A stretch of 40,789 nucleotides of DNA. Source: an uncultured Planctomycetaceae bacterium (GTDB taxonomy: Bacteria; Planctomycetota; Planctomycetia; Pirellulales; Pirellulaceae). Below are positions 25,576 to 35,665 of the stretch, one piece after another (within the stretch, counting starts at the first letter, position 1; the number at the start of each line of letters is the position of its first letter). The DNA lies in NCBI GenBank assembly GCA_937904535.1, contig CALELC010000173.1, positions 1 to 40,789 on the forward strand. Reading direction: 5' to 3'. Under the pieces are notes generated by a model. That model worked only from the letters and a program-made list of their open reading frames with translations, ran no database searches and was not told the DNA's origin. The translations under genes were made by a program, and so were the position numbers.

Positions 25576-26187
25576 TCACACCATCCACTCGCGAATCGCC
25601 TGCACGATTTGTGCATGCACCTGATCGGGGGCCTGGGAGGCATCGATCACCGCGGTGTGCCGGGCTGATCGCGGCAGTTGCTGTAAGAATGCTTCGCGGA
25701 CCGCCTGCAAATAGGCCAGGCCACGCGATTCCATGCGGTCGGTGGGCCGGTCGATCCGCGCCAACGCTTCTTCTGCAGGCAAATCCAACAGCAACGTCAG
25801 GTCGGGCCGCAGACCGCCGTTGGCCCAGTCGCCGATGTTCCACAGCTCGTCCGCTGCCAGCGCACCGCCGACGCTTTGGTAAACGACATTGGCCAGCAGA
25901 AAGCGATCCGAGAGCACGACTTGGCCCGCATCCAGTGCCGGGCGAATCTTGCTCTGCACCAGTTCGCACCGCGCGGCCATGAACAGCATCGCCTCGCAGC
26001 GGCGGTGCATCGACAGTTGCGAATCGAGCAGCAGGCCGCGGATCGCCTCACCGGTCGGTGTGCCGCCCGGGTCGCGGACCGAAACCACCTGCGTTCCGGC
26101 CTGCCGCAAGTACTCGCTCAGCCTTGCCAGTTGCGTCGACTTGCCGCCGCCATCGATTCCATCGAGCGTGATCAACATCGGGGTCAC
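25576..26187 (-). CDS. tmk: dTMP (thymidylate) kinase
   Basis: P-loop ITLDGIDGGGKSTQ, then VRDPGGTPTGEAIR and DRF lid-region motifs. The GTG start overlaps the ruvA stop (GTGA at 26184-26187). An ATG at 26178 is an alternative start. Confidence 0.9.
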   Translation of the reverse strand: MTPMLITLDGIDGGGKSTQLARLSEYLRQAGTQVVSVRDPGGTPTGEAIRGLLLDSQLSMHRRCEAMLFMAARCELVQSKIRPALDAGQVVLSDRFLLANVVYQSVGGALAADELWNIGDWANGGLRPDLTLLLDLPAEEALARIDRPTDRMESRGLAYLQAVREAFLQQLPRSARHTAVIDASQAPDQVHAQIVQAIREWMV

Positions 26188-26813
26188 CCATGCCGCTTCT
26201 GGTAGATCGCCGTCAGCAGCGATTCGCTGTCTTTGAATTTCTTGCCGCCAGCGATGGCCTCATCGATCAGCGTGCGGGCATCGCTTTCGTTATGTCCCAG
26301 CGCAAGCAACGCATCGAACGTATCGGTGACCACGGCCGCCGACAGGTCTGGAGCCTCACCGACTTGACCGCGATCGACCATCAAGGCGAACCGCGGCATC
26401 TTGCGGCGAAGCTTAGCGATGATCCGTTCGCTCGTCGCCGGCCCGATCCCCGGCAGCGCCGACAGCGCTTTGACATCCTGCTGTTCGATCAGCACCGCCA
26501 GTTCTTTCACCGGGCGGACCATCGCACGCAGCGCCTTCTTGGTGCCCACACCATCGACGCTGCAGAACAGCTCAAAAAACTGGCGTTCCGGCTCCGTCAG
26601 AAAGCCGATCAGCCGCGGTGTCAGCCGGCCACCTTGAGCCGCGTTGCCATCGATGAACTCCAGCGTTGGTAGGCGGATGTCTTGGCCCAGCTTGGGCTGC
26701 AGTTGCCGCCGCGTGTAATCGGCGACCAGCACTTCGTATTCGAAGGGAACCACTTCGATCACGACCGCTTCCTCGCCAACGCGAAGCAGCTTTCCGGTTA
26801 TTGAAACGATCAA
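26184..26813 (-). CDS. ruvA: Holliday junction branch-migration complex subunit RuvA
   Basis: [21 protein letters not shown]... OB-fold start, two HhH motifs ([26 protein letters not shown]) and a C-terminal domain III. The start codon is TTG. Confidence 0.9.
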   Translation of the reverse strand: MIVSITGKLLRVGEEAVVIEVVPFEYEVLVADYTRRQLQPKLGQDIRLPTLEFIDGNAAQGGRLTPRLIGFLTEPERQFFELFCSVDGVGTKKALRAMVRPVKELAVLIEQQDVKALSALPGIGPATSERIIAKLRRKMPRFALMVDRGQVGEAPDLSAAVVTDTFDALLALGHNESDARTLIDEAIAGGKKFKDSESLLTAIYQKRHG

Positions 26814-26845
26814 GGCCCTGTACCGTCCTTGTAGGAGTGGTTGAG

Positions 26846-27331
26846 TTAAACGGTCTGCCGTTCCAAGTGAAAACTGCAGATCGCGATCGCCAGCGCATCG
26901 GCGACGTCGTGCGGTTCGGGAATCGTTGCCAGCCGCAATTGCAACTTCACCGCCATCTGCATCTGCGACTTGGCTGCCCGACCGTTGCCGGTTAGCGTCT
27001 TTTTGATCCGGGTCGGTTCATAGCTGCTGACCGACAGGCCGCCTTGGGCCGCGGCCAAACAGATCACACCGCGGGCATGCCCCATCAGAATCGCGGTCCG
27101 CACGCGTTCGTAATGCGAAAACAGTTGCTCAAGTGCCATCCGATCGGGACGGTGCGCCTCGATCACTTCCGTTACGCCAGCATGCAACTCCGCCAAGCGT
27201 GACTCCATCGAGCCTTTGGCGCGGGTGCGGACGATGCCGGCTTCGATCAGTCGCAATGAGTTACCATTGCAAGCGATGACGCCGTAGCCGGTTGTGTTTA
27301 AGCCGGGGTCGATCCCCAGGATCACGGGCAT
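26846..27331 (-). CDS. ruvC: crossover junction endodeoxyribonuclease RuvC
   Basis: MPVILGIDPGLNTTGYGVI (catalytic Asp), ...ALEQLF..., and HDVADALAIAIC near the C-terminus. Start chosen at ATG 27331, 4 nt after the cysS stop. Confidence 0.9.
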   Translation of the reverse strand: MPVILGIDPGLNTTGYGVIACNGNSLRLIEAGIVRTRAKGSMESRLAELHAGVTEVIEAHRPDRMALEQLFSHYERVRTAILMGHARGVICLAAAQGGLSVSSYEPTRIKKTLTGNGRAAKSQMQMAVKLQLRLATIPEPHDVADALAIAICSFHLERQTV

Positions 27332-27335
27332 CGCA

Positions 27336-28943
27336 TCAAGACTTCCGTTCCCAGGACGTGCCTTCTTTCCTGTCGAGCAGCGCGATGCCCAGTTCACTCA
27401 ATCGGTCGCGGATCATATCGCCGGTGGCAAAATCCTTCTTCGCACGAGCTTCTTTGCGAAGATCGATCAGCAGTTGCATCAGCGCTTCGAGGGTCTCTCC
27501 ATCCGCTTCGCCGCCACCGCTGGTTAGCGGCGGCTTGCGGAACAGGCCAAGCACGGCGGTCAGGTCGCGGAGCGCTGCGGCAACCACGCGGAGCGTCTTC
27601 ACCGGTGCCGAATCACGATCCGCTCCGGTGCTCAGGCCGTGAGTATCGATGTGGCGATTGGCTGTCCGCAGCAGGTCGAACAGCGTGCTGATCGCCAGGC
27701 CGGAATTGAAGTCATCGTCCATCGCCGCCAGGAACTTATCGCGGAGCGCCACCACTTCTTGCAGCGTGGTGTCGGTGCCAGCGTCGATCTGGCCCTGATC
27801 GCGGGTTTCTGGAGCGGGGAGTGCGTAGAACGTCTCACCGGTAATTTCGGCAAACCGTTCGAAGAATCGGTAAAACCCATCGAGCGATGTGGCGGCTTCT
27901 GCCAGGCCTTCTTCGCCAAACACGATCGTCGAGCGGTAATGGGTGCGCAGTAGGAAGAAGCGGATGCACTCGCCGCCGTGACGGCGGATCAGTTCGGCAA
28001 GTCCACCGGCACCCTTGCTGCGGCTGATTTTGCCGGAATCGCCAGCCGCCGGATCCAGCGCCGCGGCAGCCTCGGCACGGTCGCTCTTGCCGCCGACCTT
28101 GCCCTTTTCACCGGCCCGCATCAGGCCATTGTGCATCCAGTACTTGACCATCGGCGCGTCGTGGCAACAGCCGCTCTGCGCCAGTTCGTTCTCGTGGTGC
28201 GGGAACATCAAATCCAGCCCGCCACCATGGATGTCGAACGTCTTGCCGAGGATCGCGTGGCTCATCGCCGAGCACTCAATGTGCCAGCCAGGACGCCCTG
28301 GACCCCAGGGGCTATCCCACGCCGGTTCACCCGGCCGCGCCGACTTCCACAGGGCAAAGTCACCTGAGGCGCGTTTCTTGCCCGCGGCCTCGCCGCCTTC
28401 GCCTTGCATCGCCTCGAGCGTGCGGTTGGACAGCTGACCGTAGTTGGGATCCTTGGCGACTTCAAAAAACACATCGCCATCGACCGCATAGGCAAACCCG
28501 CGCTGCTGCAACGATTCAATGAAGGCGATGATCTGCGGGATGTGATCGGTGGCTCGCGGCAGATAATCGATCTGGTTGACGCCGAGTTCCTTCAAGTTGG
28601 ACAGATAATCGGCCGTCATCTCGACCGCGATCTGGCTCATCGGGATGCGTCGTTCGCGGCTCTTGGCGATCAGCTTGTCGTCGACGTCGGTGATGTTGAC
28701 CACCCAGGTAACGTCGTAGCCGCTGTACCGCAGAAACCGCTTGATCGTGTCGAAGATGACCGGCCCGACCATGTGCCCGATGTGCGATTCGGCATAGACC
28801 GTCGGTCCGCAAAGGTACATGCCGACGTGCGGCGGCCGCAGCGGCTCAAACGGTTCTTTGGTTTTGCTCAGCGTGTTGTAGACACGGATTTCAGCGAGTT
28901 TTTGGGCCGCGGCGGACGATTGGGGGGCGGTCGCGGTGCTCAT
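27336..28943 (-). CDS. cysS: cysteine--tRNA ligase
   Basis: [19 protein letters not shown] (HIGH), GWHIECSAM (Zn site), a KMSKS-type GKISRSKG, and a C-terminal anticodon-binding/DALR-like region. Start chosen at ATG 28943 (MSTATAPQ...). Confidence 0.92.
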   Translation of the reverse strand: MSTATAPQSSAAAQKLAEIRVYNTLSKTKEPFEPLRPPHVGMYLCGPTVYAESHIGHMVGPVIFDTIKRFLRYSGYDVTWVVNITDVDDKLIAKSRERRIPMSQIAVEMTADYLSNLKELGVNQIDYLPRATDHIPQIIAFIESLQQRGFAYAVDGDVFFEVAKDPNYGQLSNRTLEAMQGEGGEAAGKKRASGDFALWKSARPGEPAWDSPWGPGRPGWHIECSAMSHAILGKTFDIHGGGLDLMFPHHENELAQSGCCHDAPMVKYWMHNGLMRAGEKGKVGGKSDRAEAAAALDPAAGDSGKISRSKGAGGLAELIRRHGGECIRFFLLRTHYRSTIVFGEEGLAEAATSLDGFYRFFERFAEITGETFYALPAPETRDQGQIDAGTDTTLQEVVALRDKFLAAMDDDFNSGLAISTLFDLLRTANRHIDTHGLSTGADRDSAPVKTLRVVAAALRDLTAVLGLFRKPPLTSGGGEADGETLEALMQLLIDLRKEARAKKDFATGDMIRDRLSELGIALLDRKEGTSWERKS

Positions 28944-29054
28944 AACAGTTCGATGGGGAAGCGCGTGCGGGTCAAATTGCCAATGCCGCCATGACCCGGA
29001 TGGAAGCGGCAATGCCGGAAGTATAGAAAAACTTTGCCACCAAACCGAGAGCGA

Positions 29055-29567
29055 TTACGCTGGCTGAGAGTCATTGCCGCGCTGCGGGGCGTAAACCAAG
29101 GCCACGGCACGCGCGGCGATTGCGGCTGAATCGCCGATCGCTCCCAACCCCTCGGCCGTCTTGGCTTTGAGTCCGATTCGATCGACCGGAATGTCGACGA
29201 TCTCCGCGATTTTTTGCCGCATCGCGTCGATGTGCGGCGCCATTTTCGGTTGCTGGGCCACGATCACGCCGTCGAGGTTGCCAATCTCCATCCCCTGTTG
29301 CCGCACGCGGCGGACCGCTTCGACCAGAAATTCAGCGCTGTCGCGGTTACGGTTTTCCTCGGCAGTGTCGGGAAACAGCCGGCCAATGTCTGCCTCAGCC
29401 ACCGAGCCGAGCAACGCGTCGGTGATCGCGTGCAATAGCACATCCGCGTCGCTGTGGCCGATCGCGTGGAACTCGGCCGGGATGTCGATGCCGCCGATTC
29501 GCAGCGGACCGCCGTTACCCAGCCGATGGGTGTCATAACCGATGCCAACGCGAAACGGAAAACTCAT
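29055..29567 (-). CDS. ispF: 2-C-methyl-D-erythritol 2,4-cyclodiphosphate synthase
   Basis: FRVGIGYDTHRL, AIGHSDADVLLHAITDALLGS and VIVAQQPKMAPH. Start chosen at ATG 29567. Confidence 0.92.
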   Translation of the reverse strand: MSFPFRVGIGYDTHRLGNGGPLRIGGIDIPAEFHAIGHSDADVLLHAITDALLGSVAEADIGRLFPDTAEENRNRDSAEFLVEAVRRVRQQGMEIGNLDGVIVAQQPKMAPHIDAMRQKIAEIVDIPVDRIGLKAKTAEGLGAIGDSAAIAARAVALVYAPQRGNDSQPA

Positions 29568-29874
29568 GAGCGGGAGTGCCTTGGATAAGAACGGACTACT
29601 CAGCGACGCCAGCGGCGGTGAATAGGATATCGCGTTTATCGGTTGAAGGCACGTCAGACCATCACGCGGCGGCACTCAAATCATCGCTTGATCAGCGGCG
29701 CCGGTACTCCGTCACACGGACCAAGCTCGACTGCCGCTACAGCGTGCTCCCCTCAGTCCGCTCATCGGACTGCCCCTCTGCCTTGCCACCGGACTTTGAT
29801 CCCCACCGATGGCAGGCTACAGTGCTGCCGTTGTCATCTCCCATTTGCGAATCCTGTAACCAAGGCGATTCAGA

Positions 29875-30897
29875 GTGAGTGTTTCCGTAAGTCAAAATCC
29901 AAGCCAAAGTCAGGACCCCCAACAAGCTTCGCCGGTCCGCTCGTTCATGCAGAACAATTTCCGCCACTTCAATTCGCGGGAATTGGTTGATGCCGCCGAA
30001 GCCTATCGCCACTTCGTTTCCCCCGAACACGGTGGCAAGATGATGGTCACACTCGCCGGTGCCATGAGCACCGCCGAGATCGGGGTTTCGCTGGCCGAGA
30101 TGATCCGCCAGGGAAAGGTGCACGCGATCACCTGTACCGCGGCAAACCTCGAAGAAGATATTTTCAACTTGGTCGCCCACAAAGACTACAAGGTGATCCA
30201 GGACTGGCGAGCGCTGTCCGTTGAAGACGAAGTCGCGCTCCGCGATTCAGGCTTTAACCGTGTGACCGACACCTGTATCCCTGAGACCGTGGTTCGGCAC
30301 ATCGAACACCGGATGGTCAAGCTGTGGCAAGCGGCCGCCGATCGCGGCGAATCGTACACACCGGCTCAGTTCCTGTTTCAGCTGTTGGACGACGAGAGTC
30401 TGGTGGAACACTACCAGGTGCCGCGCGAGCACAGTTGGATGTTGGCGGCTAAGGAGGCGGGAATTCCGGTGTTCGTCCCGGGATTCGAAGATTCAACGCT
30501 GGGAAACATCTTTGCGGCACGAGTCTACCAGGGTGTGATCAAAACCGATCGCGCGCTGATCACCGGCATCGGCCAACTGCTGGAACTGGTGCGTTGGTAC
30601 CAAGCGGCAGCGGCCGAATCGCCGATCGGATTCTTCCAGATCGGTGGCGGGATCGCGGGTGACTATGCAATCTGTGCGGTGCCGATGTTAGTGCAGGACC
30701 TGCAGATCAAAACGCCGCTGTGGGCATACTTCTGCCAGATCAGCGACGCCGTCACCAGCTACGGCGGCTACAGCGGCGCGGTGCCCAACGAAAAGATCAC
30801 GTGGCACAAACTGTTGCCCGATGCACCGAAGTTCATGGTGCAAAGCGACGCTACGATCTGCGCTCCGTTGGTGTTTGCCTACGTCCTCGGTTGGTAA
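29875..30897 (+). CDS. deoxyhypusine synthase-like (DHS family) protein
   Basis: TLAGAMSTAEIGVSLAEMIRQGKVHAITCTAANLEEDIFNL, then ...PVFVPGFEDSTLGNIF... and ...FFQIGGGIAGDY..., matching DHS-family NAD/spermidine-site blocks as I remember them. GTG start. Confidence 0.8.
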   Translation: MSVSVSQNPSQSQDPQQASPVRSFMQNNFRHFNSRELVDAAEAYRHFVSPEHGGKMMVTLAGAMSTAEIGVSLAEMIRQGKVHAITCTAANLEEDIFNLVAHKDYKVIQDWRALSVEDEVALRDSGFNRVTDTCIPETVVRHIEHRMVKLWQAAADRGESYTPAQFLFQLLDDESLVEHYQVPREHSWMLAAKEAGIPVFVPGFEDSTLGNIFAARVYQGVIKTDRALITGIGQLLELVRWYQAAAAESPIGFFQIGGGIAGDYAICAVPMLVQDLQIKTPLWAYFCQISDAVTSYGGYSGAVPNEKITWHKLLPDAPKFMVQSDATICAPLVFAYVLGW

Positions 30898-30950
30898 GAC
30901 TCAGCAATTGAGCTGAGCGGCCAGCTGCTTGGCCTCGAGATCCAGTGGCG

Positions 30951-30990
30951 AGGGCCTGGCCGGTAACGGTCAGGCCCTTTGCGTTGTTCT
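30951..30990 (+). terminator. intrinsic terminator after the DHS-like gene
   Basis: AGGGCCTG-(12 nt)-CAGGCCCT is a perfect 8 bp stem followed by the T-rich TTGCGTTGTTCTT. Confidence 0.6.
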
Positions 30991-30994
30991 TGCA

Positions 30995-32449
30995 TCAAAA
31001 GGAGATGTCCCACTGCACCCAGTAACGCTGCTCCGAACGCCTGTCACCAAAATCCGGGTCAAGTGTTAAATCGCTGACCTGGAAATTGAGCTTATTGTTA
31101 TGGCCATTGAAGAAGTAGGTGATCACGCCGCTGGCTTCTTGCTGTTCAATGTTGCCGATGGCCAAGTTGGGATCGACCACGGCATAGCGACCAGCGACTT
31201 CTAACTTCTTGGGTATGATGGGCAGCAGATAGTGCGGAAAGTAGCCGGCTTGGATCAGGCCACCCAGCATTGTCGTTTCTTTAAACAGACTGTTCTGTGG
31301 GGCGTACTTGTCGATGATTTCTTTCGCATGCATTTCATGCAGCAGTGAGAATCCTTGCCACTTGAAGCGGACCTCGCCCAGCATTTGATTGATGCGGTAT
31401 TGTCCTGGATCTCCGATTTCATCGTACGGAGCCCACGGCAACGCCTGGCCGCTATCAGCAACGGTTGCATAGGTCAAATAAGGGCTGCGGTTGGTATTGG
31501 CTGCAATCGCAAAGTTGAGTGCGGGGTGTTCGTGAAACTCGATATCGGACTGGGAAAACGGCATTTCACCGCCCAGAGCATTCCATTGCAAACGAACGTT
31601 GTACATCAAATGTTCGTCGTCGTTGTTGCGATGGCCGACTCCCAAACCGGTAAACACGCCCATGTAGTAGGTCGTGTCATACCAGGTGTTGGGAAAGAGA
31701 TTCCCGTACAGTTGGATCCCTTGCTGACGGTCGACGGTAAACAGGTCGTTGACAATCGAGCGATTGGCGAACTGCTGCTTGCCCGAGGAGGTTTTGCGTT
31801 CGTCGTTATAGATCGCCTTGCCGCGGCCGATTTCCACTTTGGCCCATTCGAACTTAGAGATCGTCAGATTCAGGTCGCGTAAGATCGGTTCGGTCCAGTC
31901 GTACTGGAAATAGTATTCCAGCCAGTCGACATAGGCGTGGCCGGCAAACTTCGTCCGTGCCCGACGGATCATGAAGGAGTTCTCGTCACGATCCAGATCG
32001 CTCATCAGACGTGGATCTCGATCAAAAGGACTGGCAAAGCGAGCTTGAATCCGGTTCTGGATCGCTAAGGAGAACTTCTCGTTCTCGCTGGTGAATTCGA
32101 AGCCTTTGTCGCCGTATTTGACGCTTCCTTTCGGCTTCTCTTTCTCTGGTGCGGCGACCGGATATTCATCGAAGGTTTGCGAATCGCCTTTTGACTCGTC
32201 GCGTTCCAGTTCCTCTAGCCGCTTTTCGGCATGCTGCAGCCGCTGGAGTACTGCTTCCATCGACGGATCCAGCTCCTCGCCCGACTCCAGCTCTTCGACG
32301 AATGCCCAGTTCAGGTCGTCGGGTTCGGCGGGGTAAACCACTTGAGCGTTGGCGGGGATACTGGCAAACCAGCCGCACGAAGCAACCATGACTGCGAGCC
32401 AAAATGTCTCGGCGGAGCGCTGACGAGGCTTCAGCGGCCGCCTCGGCAT
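30995..32449 (-). CDS. outer-membrane porin, probably phosphate-selective porin O/P family
   Basis: The signal is FWLAVMVASCGWFASIPANAQ, followed by a short coiled coil (LQRLQHAEKRLEELE). The rest has a beta-barrel alternating pattern starting FSLAIQNRIQARF and ending ...RYWVQWDISF (terminal Phe). The family call is tentative. Confidence 0.55.
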   Translation of the reverse strand: MPRRPLKPRQRSAETFWLAVMVASCGWFASIPANAQVVYPAEPDDLNWAFVEELESGEELDPSMEAVLQRLQHAEKRLEELERDESKGDSQTFDEYPVAAPEKEKPKGSVKYGDKGFEFTSENEKFSLAIQNRIQARFASPFDRDPRLMSDLDRDENSFMIRRARTKFAGHAYVDWLEYYFQYDWTEPILRDLNLTISKFEWAKVEIGRGKAIYNDERKTSSGKQQFANRSIVNDLFTVDRQQGIQLYGNLFPNTWYDTTYYMGVFTGLGVGHRNNDDEHLMYNVRLQWNALGGEMPFSQSDIEFHEHPALNFAIAANTNRSPYLTYATVADSGQALPWAPYDEIGDPGQYRINQMLGEVRFKWQGFSLLHEMHAKEIIDKYAPQNSLFKETTMLGGLIQAGYFPHYLLPIIPKKLEVAGRYAVVDPNLAIGNIEQQEASGVITYFFNGHNNKLNFQVSDLTLDPDFGDRRSEQRYWVQWDISF

Positions 32450-32828
32450 GCACCAGCGGTGGAAAACATTTCGGCCATCAAGCAGCATTTGTAAAGAACC
32501 TTGCCGGAAGGAATCGACGATGCCGTTTTGCTCAGATCGTCAAAATCGATTGGGGCAAGCCAGCCAAATTTGACGATTTTGAGGTGTCCGCTGACCGCCG
32601 TCCCTTCGGGGGCGATAACCGTTAGCCAAATGGTGCTGCTACGTCGCTACCGCGTCCCTCCAACGGGCCGACCTCGCTGGCACGCTGCTAGGACGGACGA
32701 TGGCTCGGCTTCAGCAGCGAACAAAGAATGTTGAGCGGTAGCGGCCAAAACGCAAAAAGATCAGCCGGTACACTGCGCTATGACGGCCAACCTGATGATC
32801 ACGACCACCTGCCGAGAAGGAGATCTCT

Positions 32829-33401
32829 GTGAAACGCGCTCATACCACCCGCGGCTTGGCGGCCGAGGATCGTGACGAGTTGCTCGAGACGCTGCACGCT
32901 CGTTTTGAGAAGCACAAGACCCGTCATCCGGACGTGCAGTGGGAACTCGTGCATGTCCGACTCGCAGCACAACCTGCCAAATTGTGGTCGCTGCACGAGA
33001 TGGAACAGACCGGTGGCGAGCCCGACGTGATCGGGCAGGACCCGACGACAGGTGAGTACTGGTTTGTCGATTGTGCGGCGGAAAGTCCCCAAGGGCGTCG
33101 CAGCGTGTGTTTCGACCGTGAAGCGCGCGAGTCACGCAAGGAACATGCTCCTCAGAGCAGTGCTCTGGAAATGGCGGAGGCGATGGGGATTGAGCTGTTG
33201 AGCGAAGCTGAATATCGCGAGCTGCAACAGCTGGGCAAGTTTGATCTGAAAACGTCGAGCTGGGTACAAACGCCGGCGGAGATCCGTAAACTCGGCGGCG
33301 CGCTATTCTGTGATCGCCGCTACGACCACGTGTTCCTGTATCACAACGGGGCACAGTCGTATTACGCTGCCCGCGGTTTTCGCGGTCTGCTCCGAGTTTG
33401 A
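32829..33401 (+). CDS. DUF4256-like protein
   Basis: 190 aa. MEQTGGEPDVIG...YWFVDCAAESPQGRRSVC... and the C-terminal FLYHNGAQSYYAARGFRG match my memory of the DUF4256 family. GTG start with an AAGGAG RBS 6 nt upstream. Confidence 0.6.
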   Translation: MKRAHTTRGLAAEDRDELLETLHARFEKHKTRHPDVQWELVHVRLAAQPAKLWSLHEMEQTGGEPDVIGQDPTTGEYWFVDCAAESPQGRRSVCFDREARESRKEHAPQSSALEMAEAMGIELLSEAEYRELQQLGKFDLKTSSWVQTPAEIRKLGGALFCDRRYDHVFLYHNGAQSYYAARGFRGLLRV

Positions 33402-34045
33402 TAGCGACGAGTGTAAATCGCGATCGTTAGCATCACCCCTGGTGGTTAACGGCTTTTTGTGTGTCCCCTAGCGCCAACGTGGAGCGACGTCGTCGGCCAA
33501 GAACGCCAACTAGTCGTCATCCTGATCAGCTACATCCGCCCCGTTATTGATGCTCCGTGGCGCTGCTCGCAAGCCGCATACGGGACGTCGGCCGAGTCAC
33601 TCCTGCGAAGAAGTAGGCCGACTGCGATGTCCGATGGCATCGCCGCCAGGCCGCCGAGGTTCGGCGTCAGGCTTGAGAGCCGTCGATCCAACCAGCTAGG
33701 GCGGCTGACCCAATTGCATGTCAGCAAGGCATCGAGTGGCGAGCTCTCACTGTCGCCCCGCGGACCCAAGCGGAGGTGCCTGCAGCTCAATTGCGATTGC
33801 TAGCTGAGTCCGCCGGACGAGGACCCCCAGTCGCAATCGGTTGCCATTGAACATCAAGAACAAGGGGCTGGTGATTGGTGCGCGTAAATCTCCTGCCGCG
33901 ACACATGCGTTCCCTCGGCTCACCAAGAAATGTTTGACGGCGGGTTGCTGCTTTCACTAGCGTGGTGAGTTTGGGCGATGGTTTCGCTCACGCGCGACGA
34001 TCGCCTCGCTGCTCCCTTCCTCTTACGGTTACTGGAGCCAACGTC

Positions 34046-35596
34046 ATGCGTTCCCATCTGGCCCATCGTCGCCAATTTTTGGCTGAAATCGGACGAGGCA
34101 TGCTGATCTGCGGCGTCGGTTACAGCGTGGCTCAGGATCTCGGCTTAACTCCGGTACTGGCCGACGAGGATGCCGCTGATCGGCTTACGTTTGGTTCTCA
34201 TGAACGACTGGTAGCTCTCCTTCAGGAGACGCCTCCAGAGCAGATTTTGCCGCAGGTGATCGATTGGCTGCGAGCCGGAACAGAGCTCAAGGAAATTGTC
34301 GGTGCGGCTGCTATGGCAAACGCCAGGGCTTTCGGCGGTGAAGACTACATCGGCTATCACACGTTCATGGCGCTGCACCCGGCATATCGAATGTCGCAGC
34401 AGTTGCCGCATGAGCGTCGCCCGCTGCCGGTGTTGAAGGTGCTCTATCGCAACGCCACGCGAATGCATGCCACCGGGCATCAGGCTGTCGACACCTTGCA
34501 CCCCGTCACTGCTGCCGAGGCCGTGAGTGGCACGAGCCTGGCGGACGATTTGCGTGAGGCGGTGCATCGTGGTGATAAACCGTTAGCTGAGCGGATGCTG
34601 GCGAGCTCGGAGTCGACCGACACCGCCTGGAACGACCTCCTGCCGATAGTCCATGAGGTGCCGGATGTGCATCGAGTCGTGTTAGCACATCGAGCATGGG
34701 ATATGGCAGGATTAGTCGGAGTGGACTACGCCCAGACGATGCTTCGCCAGTCATTGAGATACTGCGTCGACGCGGAAAAGTATCGTGTGACGAATTATGG
34801 CAATGTGCCTCAAATGTTGGTTCGAGTTCTGGAGGATCATAAACTGCTTGGTCGCGAACTCGGTACTCGCGCTGCGGATGACGCTTGGATTGATGCCTTC
34901 ACACAGTTACTGTTCAATTCCTCGGCCGAGCAGGCCGCCGACGCGGTGGGAGCAGCACTTGCTGAAGGATTTTCGGTAGATGCAATTGCTGAAGCGGTAT
35001 CGCTGGCTGCCAACCAACTCGTCCTGCGTGATGCAGGGCGGCGGGAGCCGCAGCCGGCAAAGCCCATCGGCAGCGTCCATGGCGACTCGATCGGTGTGCA
35101 CGCCAGCGACTCCGCGAATGCGTGGCGGCATATCGCTCGTGTAAGCCATCCACGCAATGCCGCGGCAAGTTTGATCATGGCGGGATATCAAGTGGCGTCC
35201 GACCGCAGCCGGCTCGGAGGCGACTGGCAACCGCGCCCACTGCCGGAACAACTGGAACAGATCTCGGTCACAGAGGCAAAGCAGCTATTAGCGGAACTGG
35301 ATGGTGCGATCCGCGAACAGAACCAGGACCGAGCCTGCGCTGTGGTTGGAAAGTATTGTCTGCTGGGTTACTCCGAGCGGCCCGTGTTCGACCTGCTGCT
35401 CAAGTACGCTACGAGCGAAGACGGCGCCCTGCATGCGGAAAAGTACTTCTGGACGGTCAGTGATGAGTACGCGCTCACCCGCGCCGCGTTTCGTAGCCGC
35501 CAACTGGTGGCACTGGCGAGGGTGACTGCCAGCGAATATGGAAACCGCGCTGCCGGCTACGACGAGGCGTGTGCGCTCTTAGGTTGCGAGACATAA
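34046..35596 (+). CDS. hypothetical protein with twin-arginine (Tat) signal, mostly helical
   Basis: MRSHLAHRRQFLAEIGRGMLICGVGYSVAQDLGL fits a Tat signal (RRxFL plus an h-region). GGAG lies 8 nt before ATG 34046. Coding-like composition continues to the stop at 35596. No family recognised. Confidence 0.6.
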   Translation: MRSHLAHRRQFLAEIGRGMLICGVGYSVAQDLGLTPVLADEDAADRLTFGSHERLVALLQETPPEQILPQVIDWLRAGTELKEIVGAAAMANARAFGGEDYIGYHTFMALHPAYRMSQQLPHERRPLPVLKVLYRNATRMHATGHQAVDTLHPVTAAEAVSGTSLADDLREAVHRGDKPLAERMLASSESTDTAWNDLLPIVHEVPDVHRVVLAHRAWDMAGLVGVDYAQTMLRQSLRYCVDAEKYRVTNYGNVPQMLVRVLEDHKLLGRELGTRAADDAWIDAFTQLLFNSSAEQAADAVGAALAEGFSVDAIAEAVSLAANQLVLRDAGRREPQPAKPIGSVHGDSIGVHASDSANAWRHIARVSHPRNAAASLIMAGYQVASDRSRLGGDWQPRPLPEQLEQISVTEAKQLLAELDGAIREQNQDRACAVVGKYCLLGYSERPVFDLLLKYATSEDGALHAEKYFWTVSDEYALTRAAFRSRQLVALARVTASEYGNRAAGYDEACALLGCET

Positions 35597-35665
35597 GATC
35601 GCCTCGCTCTCGGATGATCGACTACTGGGATGCGGTGGGAGCGACTCGGTACCCAAGGTACGACA

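Noticed and set aside
33459-33803. 114 aa ORF (plus strand) and the overlapping 86 aa ORF (33530..33790, minus strand) in the long intergenic region
   Set aside because: They are mutually antisense with Arg/Ser-rich noise-like composition. They have no start context and no recognisable motif.
33864-33960. GGGGCTGGTGATTGG... as the 5' end of a tmRNA
   Set aside because: Only the first 7 nt resemble tmRNA. There is no tag-ORF context, no downstream T-arm (GGTTCGAATCC) and no acceptor 3' half before the next CDS at 34046.
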